From Gemmatimonadales bacterium (lineage in GTDB: Bacteria > Gemmatimonadota > Gemmatimonadetes > Gemmatimonadales > GWC2-71-9): 64,000 nt of DNA. Position numbers and translations under genes: made by a program. Positions 20,640 to 29,559 of this stretch are shown piece after piece. Location: contig JBDTMI010000014.1 of assembly GCA_039934355.1 (NCBI GenBank), positions 9,141 through 73,140 of the forward strand, given 5' to 3'. Positions within the stretch are counted from its first letter, which is position 1, and each line of letters opens with the position of its first letter. The notes under the pieces were generated by a model. That model did no database searches. It saw only the letters and a program-made list of their open reading frames with translations, and was not told the DNA's origin.

Positions 20640-21434
20640 ATGCTGCGTCGCGTTCTGGTCCTCGCACTGCTGATACTTGCGGGCTTCATCGTCGTCGCCC
20701 AACTGCGACTCCTCCGGCGTTCCGCGTCGTCGGGCGCGGTCGCGGCCGGGGAGGCCGATCTCACTCGCGATGCGGGTGGTGATCACCGGACCGGGTCACC
20801 GCTGGATCTCGCCGGGGCGCTCATCCCGCCGCTCGACTCCCTCACCCGACTGACCGCGCGGGTCCGGCTCACCACTGAACCCGAGCGGCACTACCTCGAC
20901 TCACTCCTCGGCGGCAACGACTCCACCATCCGGCGCTGGCCCACCGATACCGGCATTCTCGGCGTGATGATCACGCCGGGTGGGGGCGAGGGATTTCGGC
21001 CCGACATGGTGCACGATGTCCGCTGGGCACTCGATGCCTGGAGCCCGGCGGGGATCGGCCTCCGCTTCGTCGAAGTGACCGACATCGACGAGGCGGTTCT
21101 GCGGGTACGCTGGACCGACACCCTCGAGGGCGATCGCGCCGGGGTCACCGATGTGACCTGGGACCGCACGGGACGCATCAAGCGTGTCGATGTCACCCTC
21201 GCCACTCGCTCGCCCGCCACCGGTCACCCGCTGACGCTCGAGGCGCGGCACGCCGTCGCCCTGCACGAACTGGGTCATGCTCTCGGCCTGCCGCATTCCG
21301 GGCTTTCCAGCGACGTCATGTTCCCCATCGCCACCGTGCTGGCGCCGACCGACCGGGACCGTTTCTCCCTGCGGCTGCTCTATCAGTTGCCGGCGGGCTG
21401 GGTCGGCGAGACTCGAGCGGGCGCGCCGCCATGA
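20640..21434 (+). CDS. matrixin (M10-like) zinc metalloprotease
   Basis: HELGHALGLPH zinc motif and DVMFP Met-turn; N-terminal anchor. Confidence 0.88.
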   Translation: MLRRVLVLALLILAGFIVVAQLRLLRRSASSGAVAAGEADLTRDAGGDHRTGSPLDLAGALIPPLDSLTRLTARVRLTTEPERHYLDSLLGGNDSTIRRWPTDTGILGVMITPGGGEGFRPDMVHDVRWALDAWSPAGIGLRFVEVTDIDEAVLRVRWTDTLEGDRAGVTDVTWDRTGRIKRVDVTLATRSPATGHPLTLEARHAVALHELGHALGLPHSGLSSDVMFPIATVLAPTDRDRFSLRLLYQLPAGWVGETRAGAPP

Positions 21435-22570
21435 CAGGCCGCACTGACGCGATACTTCTCGCCGCATTCGCCGTGCTCGCGCGTCCCGCGCATGCCCAGC
21501 GGTTCGCCACCGCCGACTCCATCGTACGTTCCGGCGTCACTCGCGGGATCTATCCCGGCGCGGTCCTGCTCATTGGCCGGCATGACGGGGTGATCCACGC
21601 CGAACCCTTCGGACATCTGACCTGGCGTGCGAGCGCACCGGTCCCCTCCCCCGACTCCACCTTGTGGGATCTGGCCTCGCTCACCAAGGTCGTTGGCACC
21701 ATGCCGGCGGTACTGCAGCTCCTCGCGACCGGCCAGCTCGCGCTCGACGCACCGGTCGCGCGGTACCTGCCCCGGTATGCCGGGGGCGGTCGCGAACTGA
21801 TCACCGTGCGCATGCTGCTCGACCACAGCAGTGGACTGGCGAGCTACCTGCCGTTCTTCAAGCTGACGCCAACCCGCGACAGTGCGATCGCGCTGCTCGA
21901 CCGTCAGACGCCGCGGCGGACGCCAGGCACTCGCGCCGAATACAGTGACCTCAATTTTCTCCTGCTGGGTCAGATCATCGAGACGGTGACCGGCCAGTCG
22001 CTCGAGGACATCGTGCGCCACCGGGTGCTTGAGCCCGCCGGCCTCGTCCCGATGCTGTACCGACCCCCGCCGACGCTGGCCGACCACACCGCGCCCACCG
22101 CCCAGTATCGCGGCACGCCGCTGTGCTGCCAGGTGAACGATCAGAATGCGGCCCGCTGGGGTGGCGTCGCCGGCCACGCCGGGCTCTTCGCCAGTGGCTC
22201 CGCCGTGGCGCGCTACGCCCGGCTCTGGCTCAATGGCGGGGCGTTGGATGGCCGACAGCTGCTGGACAGCTCTCTCGTTCGTCTCTTCCTCACCCCGGCT
22301 GGGCCGGGCGCAACCCGCCTCCTCGGCTGGGAGCGCCCCGACCCGAGGAATCGCGACGATTCCGCCTACGGTCACCTGCTCTCTGATCGGGCATACGGTC
22401 ACACCGGCTGGACCGGTACGTTGCTGTGGATCGATCCGGCGCGGGACCTGTTCCTGATCCTGCTGACCAATCGCAGCTTTGGTTCGAAGGTGCCGCATTC
22501 GATTCGCGCGCTGCGCGGCGTTCGCGGTGCGCTGGCCGATGCGGTGGTGCGGGAGATCGACAGGAGGTAG
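21431..22570 (+). CDS. serine hydrolase, beta-lactamase class C/AmiE-like
   Basis: SLTK, YSD, GHAGLF, GHTG motifs; signal peptide; ATGA overlap with the matrixin gene. Confidence 0.88.
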   Translation: MTGRTDAILLAAFAVLARPAHAQRFATADSIVRSGVTRGIYPGAVLLIGRHDGVIHAEPFGHLTWRASAPVPSPDSTLWDLASLTKVVGTMPAVLQLLATGQLALDAPVARYLPRYAGGGRELITVRMLLDHSSGLASYLPFFKLTPTRDSAIALLDRQTPRRTPGTRAEYSDLNFLLLGQIIETVTGQSLEDIVRHRVLEPAGLVPMLYRPPPTLADHTAPTAQYRGTPLCCQVNDQNAARWGGVAGHAGLFASGSAVARYARLWLNGGALDGRQLLDSSLVRLFLTPAGPGATRLLGWERPDPRNRDDSAYGHLLSDRAYGHTGWTGTLLWIDPARDLFLILLTNRSFGSKVPHSIRALRGVRGALADAVVREIDRR

Positions 22571-22573
22571 AGC

Positions 22574-22668
22574 GGCGTTCAGCGTTCAGCGTTGAGCGTT
22601 GAGCGTTCAGCATTCAGCATTCAGCAGCAAGCCGACCGCGGACCGCTCAATGCTGACCGCTGACCGCT
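22574..22668. repeat. heptamer tandem arrays in inverted arrangement
   Basis: About 7 x AGC(G/A)TT(C/G) at 22574-22622, then about 5 x GCTGACC-like units at 22631-22668. Confidence 0.8.
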
Positions 22669-22710
22669 CCCACCTCCCGGTCTTTCCCTGCCCTCGCTAT
22701 CTTCCACCCC

Positions 22711-23010
22711 ATGCAGACCGACGAATCCATCCGCAAAGCCCTCCGCGGGGTCAAGGACCCGGAGCTCAATCTCAACTTGATCGATATCGGGCTCATTTAC
22801 GATGTCGCCATCAGTGATGAGGGGGATGTCCACGTCAAAATGACGCTCACGTCGCCGGGTTGTCCCTCCGGACCGGAGATTGTGGGCGACGTCAAGCACA
22901 CCATCGAGGAACTCGAGGGTGTCCGCTCTGCCGAAATCGAAATCGTGTGGGAGCCCTACTGGACACCCGAGAAGATGGATCCCCGGATCCGCGCGTTTCT
23001 CGGCGGCTGA
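22711..23010 (+). CDS. metal-sulfur cluster assembly factor (DUF59/SufT-like)
   Basis: DPEL..LIDIGLIY, MTLTSPGCP, VWEPYWT. Confidence 0.9.
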   Translation: MQTDESIRKALRGVKDPELNLNLIDIGLIYDVAISDEGDVHVKMTLTSPGCPSGPEIVGDVKHTIEELEGVRSAEIEIVWEPYWTPEKMDPRIRAFLGG

Positions 23011-23030
23011 TTCATCTAATCGGTGGCACT

Positions 23031-23086
23031 GTCGGGGCGGATCACGTAGGGGCGGATCTCAGATCCGCCCCTACAAGATCCGCCCT
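23031..23086. repeat. GTAG-type REP-like nested palindrome
   Basis: GTAGGGGCGGATCT-c-AGATCCGCCCCTAC (23046-23074), flanked by GGGCGGATC and GATCCGCCC. Confidence 0.7.
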
Positions 23087-23089
23087 CTT

Positions 23090-24253
23090 TCATTGTCCGG
23101 GCTTTCCCAGCGACGCCCGCACCAGCGCTTCACCCACAACCTCCCGCTGCCACCGACGCATCTCGGGAATCTCGTCAAGCTGTGCCATCGTCTTCGGCTC
23201 CAGTCGGGCGACCGCTTCGAGGTGCCCATTGGGGCACAAGACGCCGGGCGCCAGCCCGATCCGTTCGGCGATCGCGTTGCGCTCGGTCTTCATCCGGTCA
23301 AGTCGAGCTTCGTACGCGACGTCTGGGGCCACTCGCTTCCCCCGCTCGAACACCGGGAGACTCTCCCGTGGCGCGGCGGCGCCGCGGGCGACTGCGGCCA
23401 GGATCTCATCTCCGCGCCGCCGCATTTGGTCAGGTGAGAGCGCCTTCAGGTCACGCAGCGCGTTGGCATCCGTCGGCATCCCCTTCGCGATCGCGAGCAT
23501 CGCCTCGTTCATCAGGACCCGGAACGGGGCGCGGTCCAGCTCACTCGCGATGAGTTCTCGAAGCGCAAACAGCTCCCGGAGCACCGCAAGCTGGTGGCCC
23601 CGCAGCGTGCGAGCCCCTTTCATCCGGAGATACGCTTCCTCCGCCGGGCCGGTCAGATTCCACCGCATCTTTTCGATCAGCCCGAATTCCTCTTCCGCCC
23701 AGCTCCAACGGCCCATCTCCTCCAACCGCCCCTGCATGATGTCCCGCAGCGTCGGCAGGTAGCGCGTATCGTTCGCGGCATATTCCAGCATGCCCGGGAG
23801 CAGCGGCCGCATCGACCAGTCAGCCCGCTGGAATTTCTTGTCGATCTTGACGCTGAGATACTTCTCCAGCAGCGCCGCCAGCCCGATGCCGGGCTCGTTC
23901 AGCAACTGCGCCGCGACCCGGGTGTCAAAGAGGTGGGAGGCGTGAAATCCGTAGTCACGGTCCAGGATGCGAAGATCGTAGTCCGCATCATGAAACAGCA
24001 CCTCGACCGCCGGGTTCGCCATGAGCGCGCCGAGGGCGGAGAGATCCGGCACCGCAAGTGGATCCACCACGGCGGTATCGGTCCGGGTGGAGAGCTGGAC
24101 CAGGTAGACTCGGTCGCGATACCGATGGAAGCTGGCCGCTTCCGTGTCGATTGCCAGCAGCGGCGTCCCGCGTAATGTGGCGGCGAAGCGATCGAAGGCA
24201 GGCTGCGAATCGAGATAGAGCATCGGTAACGCCGCCGACACCGCGTCACTCAC
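23090..24253 (-). CDS. rnd: ribonuclease D
   Basis: DEDDy exonuclease motifs (IDTE, HDADYD, FDT, QRADWS.RPL, YAANDT) plus an HRDC region. Confidence 0.92.
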   Translation of the reverse strand: MSDAVSAALPMLYLDSQPAFDRFAATLRGTPLLAIDTEAASFHRYRDRVYLVQLSTRTDTAVVDPLAVPDLSALGALMANPAVEVLFHDADYDLRILDRDYGFHASHLFDTRVAAQLLNEPGIGLAALLEKYLSVKIDKKFQRADWSMRPLLPGMLEYAANDTRYLPTLRDIMQGRLEEMGRWSWAEEEFGLIEKMRWNLTGPAEEAYLRMKGARTLRGHQLAVLRELFALRELIASELDRAPFRVLMNEAMLAIAKGMPTDANALRDLKALSPDQMRRRGDEILAAVARGAAAPRESLPVFERGKRVAPDVAYEARLDRMKTERNAIAERIGLAPGVLCPNGHLEAVARLEPKTMAQLDEIPEMRRWQREVVGEALVRASLGKPGQ

Positions 24254-24416
24254 GTGGACTCACCATTTCAAGCCCGACGGCAATCTCCTCCAGCGCCTTG
24301 GCGAGCGTCTTGTAGAAATCGGCGTCCGGCTGGGGAGTGCCACCCATCGCGGCATCCATCTGGATCTTGCGCGCCAGACGCGCGGCATGGCGGATATAGT
24401 CAGTCGGTGGTTTCAT
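24246..24416 (-). CDS. small protein, 56 aa (absent from the ORF track)
   Basis: MKPPTDYIRHAARLARKIQMDAAMGGTPQPDADFYKTLAKALEEIAVGLEMVSPRE*. GC3-rich codons; stop overlaps the rnd GTG start. Confidence 0.65.
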   Translation of the reverse strand: MKPPTDYIRHAARLARKIQMDAAMGGTPQPDADFYKTLAKALEEIAVGLEMVSPRE

Positions 24417-24505
24417 GGGGCACAATCAACCCTCGAGGTGGACCTGCCCGGACGACCCGATCGGGCTCCCGGTGCTGCAATCTAGCCGCCCCGCACGTCC
24501 GTCCC

Positions 24506-24590
24506 ACTTTTCCTTTTCACCCAGTCGCCCTTTCCCCTTTCCCTTTTCCCCTTCCCCTTTCGCATTTCCCCGTTCTCCTTCTTCCCAACT
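24506..24590. repeat. polypyrimidine TTTCCCC-like heptamer tract
   Basis: tttcccc tttccct tttcccc ttcccc tttcgca tttcccc at 24531-24571. Confidence 0.7.
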
Positions 24591-24591
24591 C

Positions 24592-25629
24592 ATGTCGCTC
24601 CCCCTCATCGCACTCCTGCCGCGTCCGCCCCTCTGGCGCAGCCTCGGGAAGTTTCCCTCCCCGGTGCAGCTGCTGCCCGATCTCGCCCGGCAGATCGGGG
24701 CCCACTCGCTGAGCGTCAAGCGGGAGGACCTCAACGGGACCCCGTTCGGCGGCAACAAGCTGCGTGCCCTGGAGTGGCTGCTGCCCACCGCAGGGCGCTC
24801 GATCGCTTCGCTCGGCGGCTTCGGCTCGACCTGGTGTGCCGCGCTCGCAACGGCCGCCAGAGTCACCGGCCGGGAGGCGCACCTGGCCCTCTTCCCCCAG
24901 CCGTGGACTGACACCGTCGCTGGCGCGCTGAATACGACGCTCGCCAACGGCCATGTCCATCTGGCCCGCACCCCTGCCTGCCTGCCGTTCGCGGTCATCC
25001 GGGCTTGGTTCGCCGCTCGGACCCAGGGGATTCCGACCTTCTTTGGACCGGGGGGTGCCGCGCCGCTCGGCGTGCTCGGCTCCGTGAACGCCGCACTTGA
25101 GCTCGCCTCTCAGATCGATGCCGGCGAACTCCCCCGCCCTGACGCCATCGTCGTTCCGCTCGGGTCCGGCGGAACCGCGGCCGGGTTGCTGCTGGGCTGT
25201 CAGATCGCTCGCCTCCCGCTCACCATCTGCGCAGTCCGGGTGGCCTCGCCCTTCTTCGCCTCCGAGCGCCGTGTCCGCGGGCTTGCGGGCCGGACGCGCC
25301 GCCTGCTTCGTCGGTGCGGTCTCGATCTGCCTGCCCTCGAAGCCCCATTGATCGTGATCAAGCATCATCTCGGCGCCGGGTATGGTCACCCGACGGCTGG
25401 AGCGAGTGCCGCGCTCGCCCGATTGTCGCTTGACGGAATCACGACGGATCTCACCTATACTGCCAAGGCAGCCGCGGCACTCGGAGACCTCGCCGCTTCC
25501 TTCCCGCACCTCTGCCTCTGGCATACCTTTGATCCACGACTCGCCCCGCCGTTGGTGGCCGAGCATTCCCTCCTGCGCCGAGCCCGGGCCTACTCGGAGT
25601 CGTTGTGGCCGCTCCCGAAATTGATCTGA
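24592..25629 (+). CDS. PLP enzyme, D-cysteine desulfhydrase/ACC deaminase family
   Basis: KREDL...GGNKLR (PLP lysine), GSGGTAAG, YG.P, DLTYTAKA. Confidence 0.85.
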   Translation: MSLPLIALLPRPPLWRSLGKFPSPVQLLPDLARQIGAHSLSVKREDLNGTPFGGNKLRALEWLLPTAGRSIASLGGFGSTWCAALATAARVTGREAHLALFPQPWTDTVAGALNTTLANGHVHLARTPACLPFAVIRAWFAARTQGIPTFFGPGGAAPLGVLGSVNAALELASQIDAGELPRPDAIVVPLGSGGTAAGLLLGCQIARLPLTICAVRVASPFFASERRVRGLAGRTRRLLRRCGLDLPALEAPLIVIKHHLGAGYGHPTAGASAALARLSLDGITTDLTYTAKAAAALGDLAASFPHLCLWHTFDPRLAPPLVAEHSLLRRARAYSESLWPLPKLI

Positions 25630-26819
25630 CGGTCTACCCCGATGAATGCGACGCCTACGGTCACCTCAACCAGGCCTCGTTTCACGCGCTCTTCGAGCGG
25701 GCCCGCTGGGAGGTGCTCGCCCGCGGGCCGGGCATGGATTTCTTCACGCGCCTGGGCGTCTGGCCCGCATTGAGGAAAACCACCATCGAGTTTCACGCAC
25801 AGGTATTTCCCGGCGACGTCCTCCGCTTCAGTCAACTGTTGCTGCACCTCGGGCGCACCAGCTTCACGCTCCGTCAGACCTGCCGTCGCCTTCGTGATGA
25901 CGCGCTGGTCGCGACGACCGAAATCGTGTTCGTCTGCGTCGACGCGCAGGGTCGTCCCGTCCCGGTGCCAGAGGCGGTCCCGCCTGCGATGGCCAATCGC
26001 GCCCTGCCCGATCATCTGCGACGCATCGCGGTCAACGGGGTCAACCTCGCCGCCGACGTGCGCGGCAAGGGGCCGGCAATCCTCTTTATCCATGGCTACC
26101 CGCTCGACCACACCATCTGGGAGCATACCCTCGGCTCGCTGGATGGCTGGATGCGGATTGCTCCCGACCTGCGCGGCATGGGACAGTCCGACGCCCCCGA
26201 CCTGGGCTACAGCATGACCACCTACGCCGAGGATCTCTTCGCGCTGCTGAACACACTCGGCGTGGACCAGGTGGTTCTCTGCGGGTTGTCGATGGGTGGG
26301 TATGTCGCCTTCGAGATGCTCCGGCGCGCCCCGGCGCGAGTCCGCGGCCTGATCCTGGTGGATACGCGGGCGGAAGCTGACTCACCCGACGCCCGGCGCG
26401 CACGAGAGACGGCGCTGGCCCAGGTGCGCGAGGGCGGCGCGGAAGCCATCGCCGCCGCGATGCTGCCGGTCGTCCTGGGACGCACCAGCGTCGAGGCCCA
26501 CCCGGCCCTGCGCGAACGCATCCAGCAGATGATGGCCGCGACGCCAGTGTCCGGAATCATCGGCGCGATCGGGGCGCTCCGCGATCGGCCGGACAGCCTC
26601 ACATTGCTTCCGACCCTTGGCCATCTCCCGGCGCTCGTCATCGTCGGCGCTGAGGACGTCATCACGCCCGCGGAGTGCGCCCAGACGATGGCCGATGCCC
26701 TGCCGGATGCCAGGCTTGTCATTCTCCCGGGGGCGGGCCACCTCACCCCGGTCGAACAGCCCGAGCGGGTCACCACCCTGATCGCAGATTTTCTGGCCCA
26801 GTTGGCCGCTCCGGCCTAG
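25605..26819 (+). CDS. 4HBT/YbgC-like thioesterase fused to an alpha/beta hydrolase
   Basis: N-terminal ECDAYGHLN..FERARW hotdog motif; C-terminal HGYP, GLSMGG, GAED, AGH. Confidence 0.85.
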   Translation: MAAPEIDLTVYPDECDAYGHLNQASFHALFERARWEVLARGPGMDFFTRLGVWPALRKTTIEFHAQVFPGDVLRFSQLLLHLGRTSFTLRQTCRRLRDDALVATTEIVFVCVDAQGRPVPVPEAVPPAMANRALPDHLRRIAVNGVNLAADVRGKGPAILFIHGYPLDHTIWEHTLGSLDGWMRIAPDLRGMGQSDAPDLGYSMTTYAEDLFALLNTLGVDQVVLCGLSMGGYVAFEMLRRAPARVRGLILVDTRAEADSPDARRARETALAQVREGGAEAIAAAMLPVVLGRTSVEAHPALRERIQQMMAATPVSGIIGAIGALRDRPDSLTLLPTLGHLPALVIVGAEDVITPAECAQTMADALPDARLVILPGAGHLTPVEQPERVTTLIADFLAQLAAPA

Positions 26820-26911
26820 TCTGCAACTTTCTCCCGCATTCGAGCGTCTTACACCCTGATGGCTTCACCTCCTGGTGCACGGCCGTCGCAGGTGCTGTCC
26901 CTCCTCAATGA

Positions 26912-26962
26912 ACGCTCCGGTGCCGCGGCCAAGCTAGTTCGGCACCGGGGCGTCTCTCCTTG
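26912..26962 (+). terminator. 14-bp hairpin with pyrimidine tail
   Basis: ACGCTCCGGTGCCG ... CGGCACCGGGGCGT followed by CTCTCCTT. Confidence 0.5.
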
Positions 26963-27036
26963 TCAGGTGGCGACTGATAGCTGACAGCTATCAGGTGATA
27001 GGGAGTGAAGTGCCCCGCTGCAAACCGGTTCGTCGA

Positions 27037-27072
27037 CAAAGCAAAGACCCCCGAGCATCAGCTCAGGGGTCT
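27037..27072 (-). terminator. intrinsic terminator of the ferredoxin gene
   Basis: Minus strand AGACCCCTGAGC-tgat-GCTCGGGGGTCT followed by TTGCTTTG. Confidence 0.65.
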
Positions 27073-27103
27073 CGTGTTGTTCCTGTAAGCTGCGCGCTGC
27101 CAG

Positions 27104-27367
27104 CTACTTCTTCGGCCGTCCCGGCGGCGTATCGCTGGTGAAGATCACTTTGTTCTTTTCGATGTAGCTCTGCATGTTCGCCGGCACATCCTCTTCGGGA
27201 AAGATGGCGTTCACCGGGCACTCCGGTTCGCAGGCACCGCAGTCAATGCATTCATCCGGGTGGATGTAGAGCATGTCCGCGCCCTCGTAGATGCAGTCCA
27301 CCGGGCACACATCCACACAGGCGCGATCCTTGACGCCGATACAGGCTTCAACGATCACGTAGGTCAT
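27104..27367 (-). CDS. fdxA: 7Fe ([3Fe-4S][4Fe-4S]) ferredoxin
   Basis: [17 protein letters not shown] and [12 protein letters not shown]; AAGGAG RBS. Confidence 0.93.
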   Translation of the reverse strand: MTYVIVEACIGVKDRACVDVCPVDCIYEGADMLYIHPDECIDCGACEPECPVNAIFPEEDVPANMQSYIEKNKVIFTSDTPPGRPKK

Positions 27368-27495
27368 GTGTTCTGCTCCTTCAAGTCAGGAATACCGGCT
27401 TGCGCCAGTCGAGGTTCGGTGTCGTGGGGGACGGAGGCTGCAAAGTATTGCGAAAGCCTCGGGCCCGGCGCAAGGGGGCGATTATGTTTTCGTCC

Positions 27496-29559
27496 ATGCA
27501 CCGTCCCTGCCGCACCCTGCTCCTCGTTGCATCACTGCTTCTGGGCTTGGGTTCCCCCGCGTCAGGCCAGACGTGTCCTGCCGGCCCCCTTGCGCTGGTC
27601 CTCTCCGGCGGCGGGGCCAAGGGACTCGCCCACATCGGCGTCCTCCGGGTGCTGGACAGCCTCGGCATTCACCCCGATCTCGTGATCGGCACGAGCATGG
27701 GTGCTATCGTCGGCGCCATGTACGCCAGCGGCTACGCCGGACGCGACATCGACTCACTCACCCGATCACTCCCCCTCGGCGGCCTGTTCCGCAAATACGA
27801 ACCGCGGACGCCCCACTCCCTCGGAGCCCGACTCCCGTTAGTCGTGTGGGAGCAGGGCGACGGCAGCTTCACACTGCAGCGTGCCGCCGTGCGCGAGTCG
27901 GAGGTCAACGGCCTGATCAACGCCGCCATGCTCCGCGGAAACCTCCGCGCACGCGGCAACTTCGATTCGCTCCCCATTCCGTTCCGGGCGATCGCGACCG
28001 ATCTGCTGGGACGCGACGAGGTGATCCTGCGGGCGGGTGATCTCGCCCGCGCGGTCCGGGCCAGCATGTCGATACCGCTGATCTTCGAACCGGAACGGCT
28101 GGACGGGCGCGATCTCGGCGACGGTGCCCTGGTCGCCAACGTTCCGGTCGAGGCAGCGCGGCGAGAAGGCGCCATGCGGGTCATCGTCTCCGATGCCACC
28201 GAGCATTTCGCAGACACGGTCAATCTTCGTTCACCCATTGCGCTCGCGGAACGTCTCCTCGGCTTCCTGTTCAACCAGCCTCGGGCCCTCCTCGGGCCGG
28301 CCGACCGCTACATCCGGCCCGATGTCGACGGATTCGCCAGCCTCGACTTCTCCGGAGCCACCATCTCCACGCTGATTGCCCGCGGCTACGATGCGGCCCG
28401 GGAGACTCTCCAAGGCGACACCTGCGCCCGCTCCCCACGGCTTCCCCTGCCGCCGGCTCCCCGGCTCCGGATCGCCCACATCACCAGCCACGGCGGCAGT
28501 CCGGCCGAACAGGCGTTCGTGCGCCAGCTGCTCCGGGTCGAGGAAGGCGACTCCATCGACCCGGCGGCGACCCGCGCCGGATTCCGGTTGCTCGAAACGA
28601 ACGATGGAATTGCGGCGGCCTGGCTGCAGCCCACCGGTCCGGCGGATTCGGTGGAGCTCAACCTGGAAGTGCGCCCCGCGAATCGACGCCTCACCGCGTT
28701 GGGCATCACCTACGACAATGACCTCGGCGGCCGGATGTGGGTTGGCGCATCGGACCGTCGTCTCGCCAACCGGCGATTGGAAGGCTCTGCCGTGCTCGGG
28801 CTGGGAGAATTACGGCAGGATCTCGAGCTCGGCCTCCGTACCTACACTCTGACGCACCAGCCCCTGCGCCCCGCCGTGGTTCTCACGCTGGCGCGGGAAC
28901 GGGTGCGATCGTTCGACTCCATCGGTGATGAAATACCCGGGGTCAAGATTCGCGAGGCGGTCGGCTTCGTTGGTTTGGAGCAGGAAATTGGAGGGGAAGT
29001 CAGCCTTTCGATCGGCGGACGGCTGCACATCTGGCATGAGGCGGCCCGCGGGGATCGTACGACACTCGGTGGTGTCGTCCGCTTGCAGCGGGACGTTCGG
29101 CATGGAGCGACCCATCTCCTGGCGGAGGCCGCTGTACTCGGCGCCTACAAGCGCTTCGCCGCGGAGTTATTCACCCCGATGAGAATCAACCGCCGATTCC
29201 GGCTGACGCCGTGGCTGCGCTATGGGTGGGCCAGTGGCCGTGTACCGCTCCAGTCGACGTTCATGCTGGGAGGCTACGACGGATTTCCCGGATTGCACGT
29301 GGGAGAACGACGGGGGACCCGCGAAGCCCTCGGCGGGCTGAGCGCGGCGGTGACGCTGGTCGGGCCGCTCGAGCTCCAGTTTGAAGGGGCGTTCGGGCAG
29401 GTAGCCACGGGCGGCTCCGCCTTCCCCACCAGTACCTGGGAATACGGCGGGCGCATCGGGCTCGGCGCGAAGACCCCGGTCGGACCGATTCGGGTGGAAT
29501 ACAGCCGGGCCCGGCGCGACCGGGACATGATGTTTGTGCGACTGGGAGAATGGTTCTAA
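27496..29559 (+). CDS. patatin-like phospholipase with POTRA-like and beta-barrel regions (PlpD/type Vd-like)
   Basis: Signal peptide, LSGGGAKG, GTSMG, DGA; beta-strand-rich C-terminus ending in LGEWF. Confidence 0.85.
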   Translation: MHRPCRTLLLVASLLLGLGSPASGQTCPAGPLALVLSGGGAKGLAHIGVLRVLDSLGIHPDLVIGTSMGAIVGAMYASGYAGRDIDSLTRSLPLGGLFRKYEPRTPHSLGARLPLVVWEQGDGSFTLQRAAVRESEVNGLINAAMLRGNLRARGNFDSLPIPFRAIATDLLGRDEVILRAGDLARAVRASMSIPLIFEPERLDGRDLGDGALVANVPVEAARREGAMRVIVSDATEHFADTVNLRSPIALAERLLGFLFNQPRALLGPADRYIRPDVDGFASLDFSGATISTLIARGYDAARETLQGDTCARSPRLPLPPAPRLRIAHITSHGGSPAEQAFVRQLLRVEEGDSIDPAATRAGFRLLETNDGIAAAWLQPTGPADSVELNLEVRPANRRLTALGITYDNDLGGRMWVGASDRRLANRRLEGSAVLGLGELRQDLELGLRTYTLTHQPLRPAVVLTLARERVRSFDSIGDEIPGVKIREAVGFVGLEQEIGGEVSLSIGGRLHIWHEAARGDRTTLGGVVRLQRDVRHGATHLLAEAAVLGAYKRFAAELFTPMRINRRFRLTPWLRYGWASGRVPLQSTFMLGGYDGFPGLHVGERRGTREALGGLSAAVTLVGPLELQFEGAFGQVATGGSAFPTSTWEYGGRIGLGAKTPVGPIRVEYSRARRDRDMMFVRLGEWF

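Noticed and set aside
21431-22570. Beta-lactam resistance gene
   Set aside because: Motifs fit the broad esterase/AmiE-like serine hydrolase family, not specifically AmpC.
22574-22668. Possible CRISPR array
   Set aside because: 7-bp units with no spacers, and no cas genes in the window.
26859-26984. 41-codon ORF MASPPGARPSQ...
   Set aside because: No RBS, runs through a terminator-like hairpin, and codon usage is unconvincing; the RNA interpretation fits better.
27019-27075. GCAAACC...GCAAAG resembling a c-di-GMP-I riboswitch
   Set aside because: No P2 stem with a GNRA loop or receptor, no downstream gene on that strand, and the following hairpin is the fdxA terminator.
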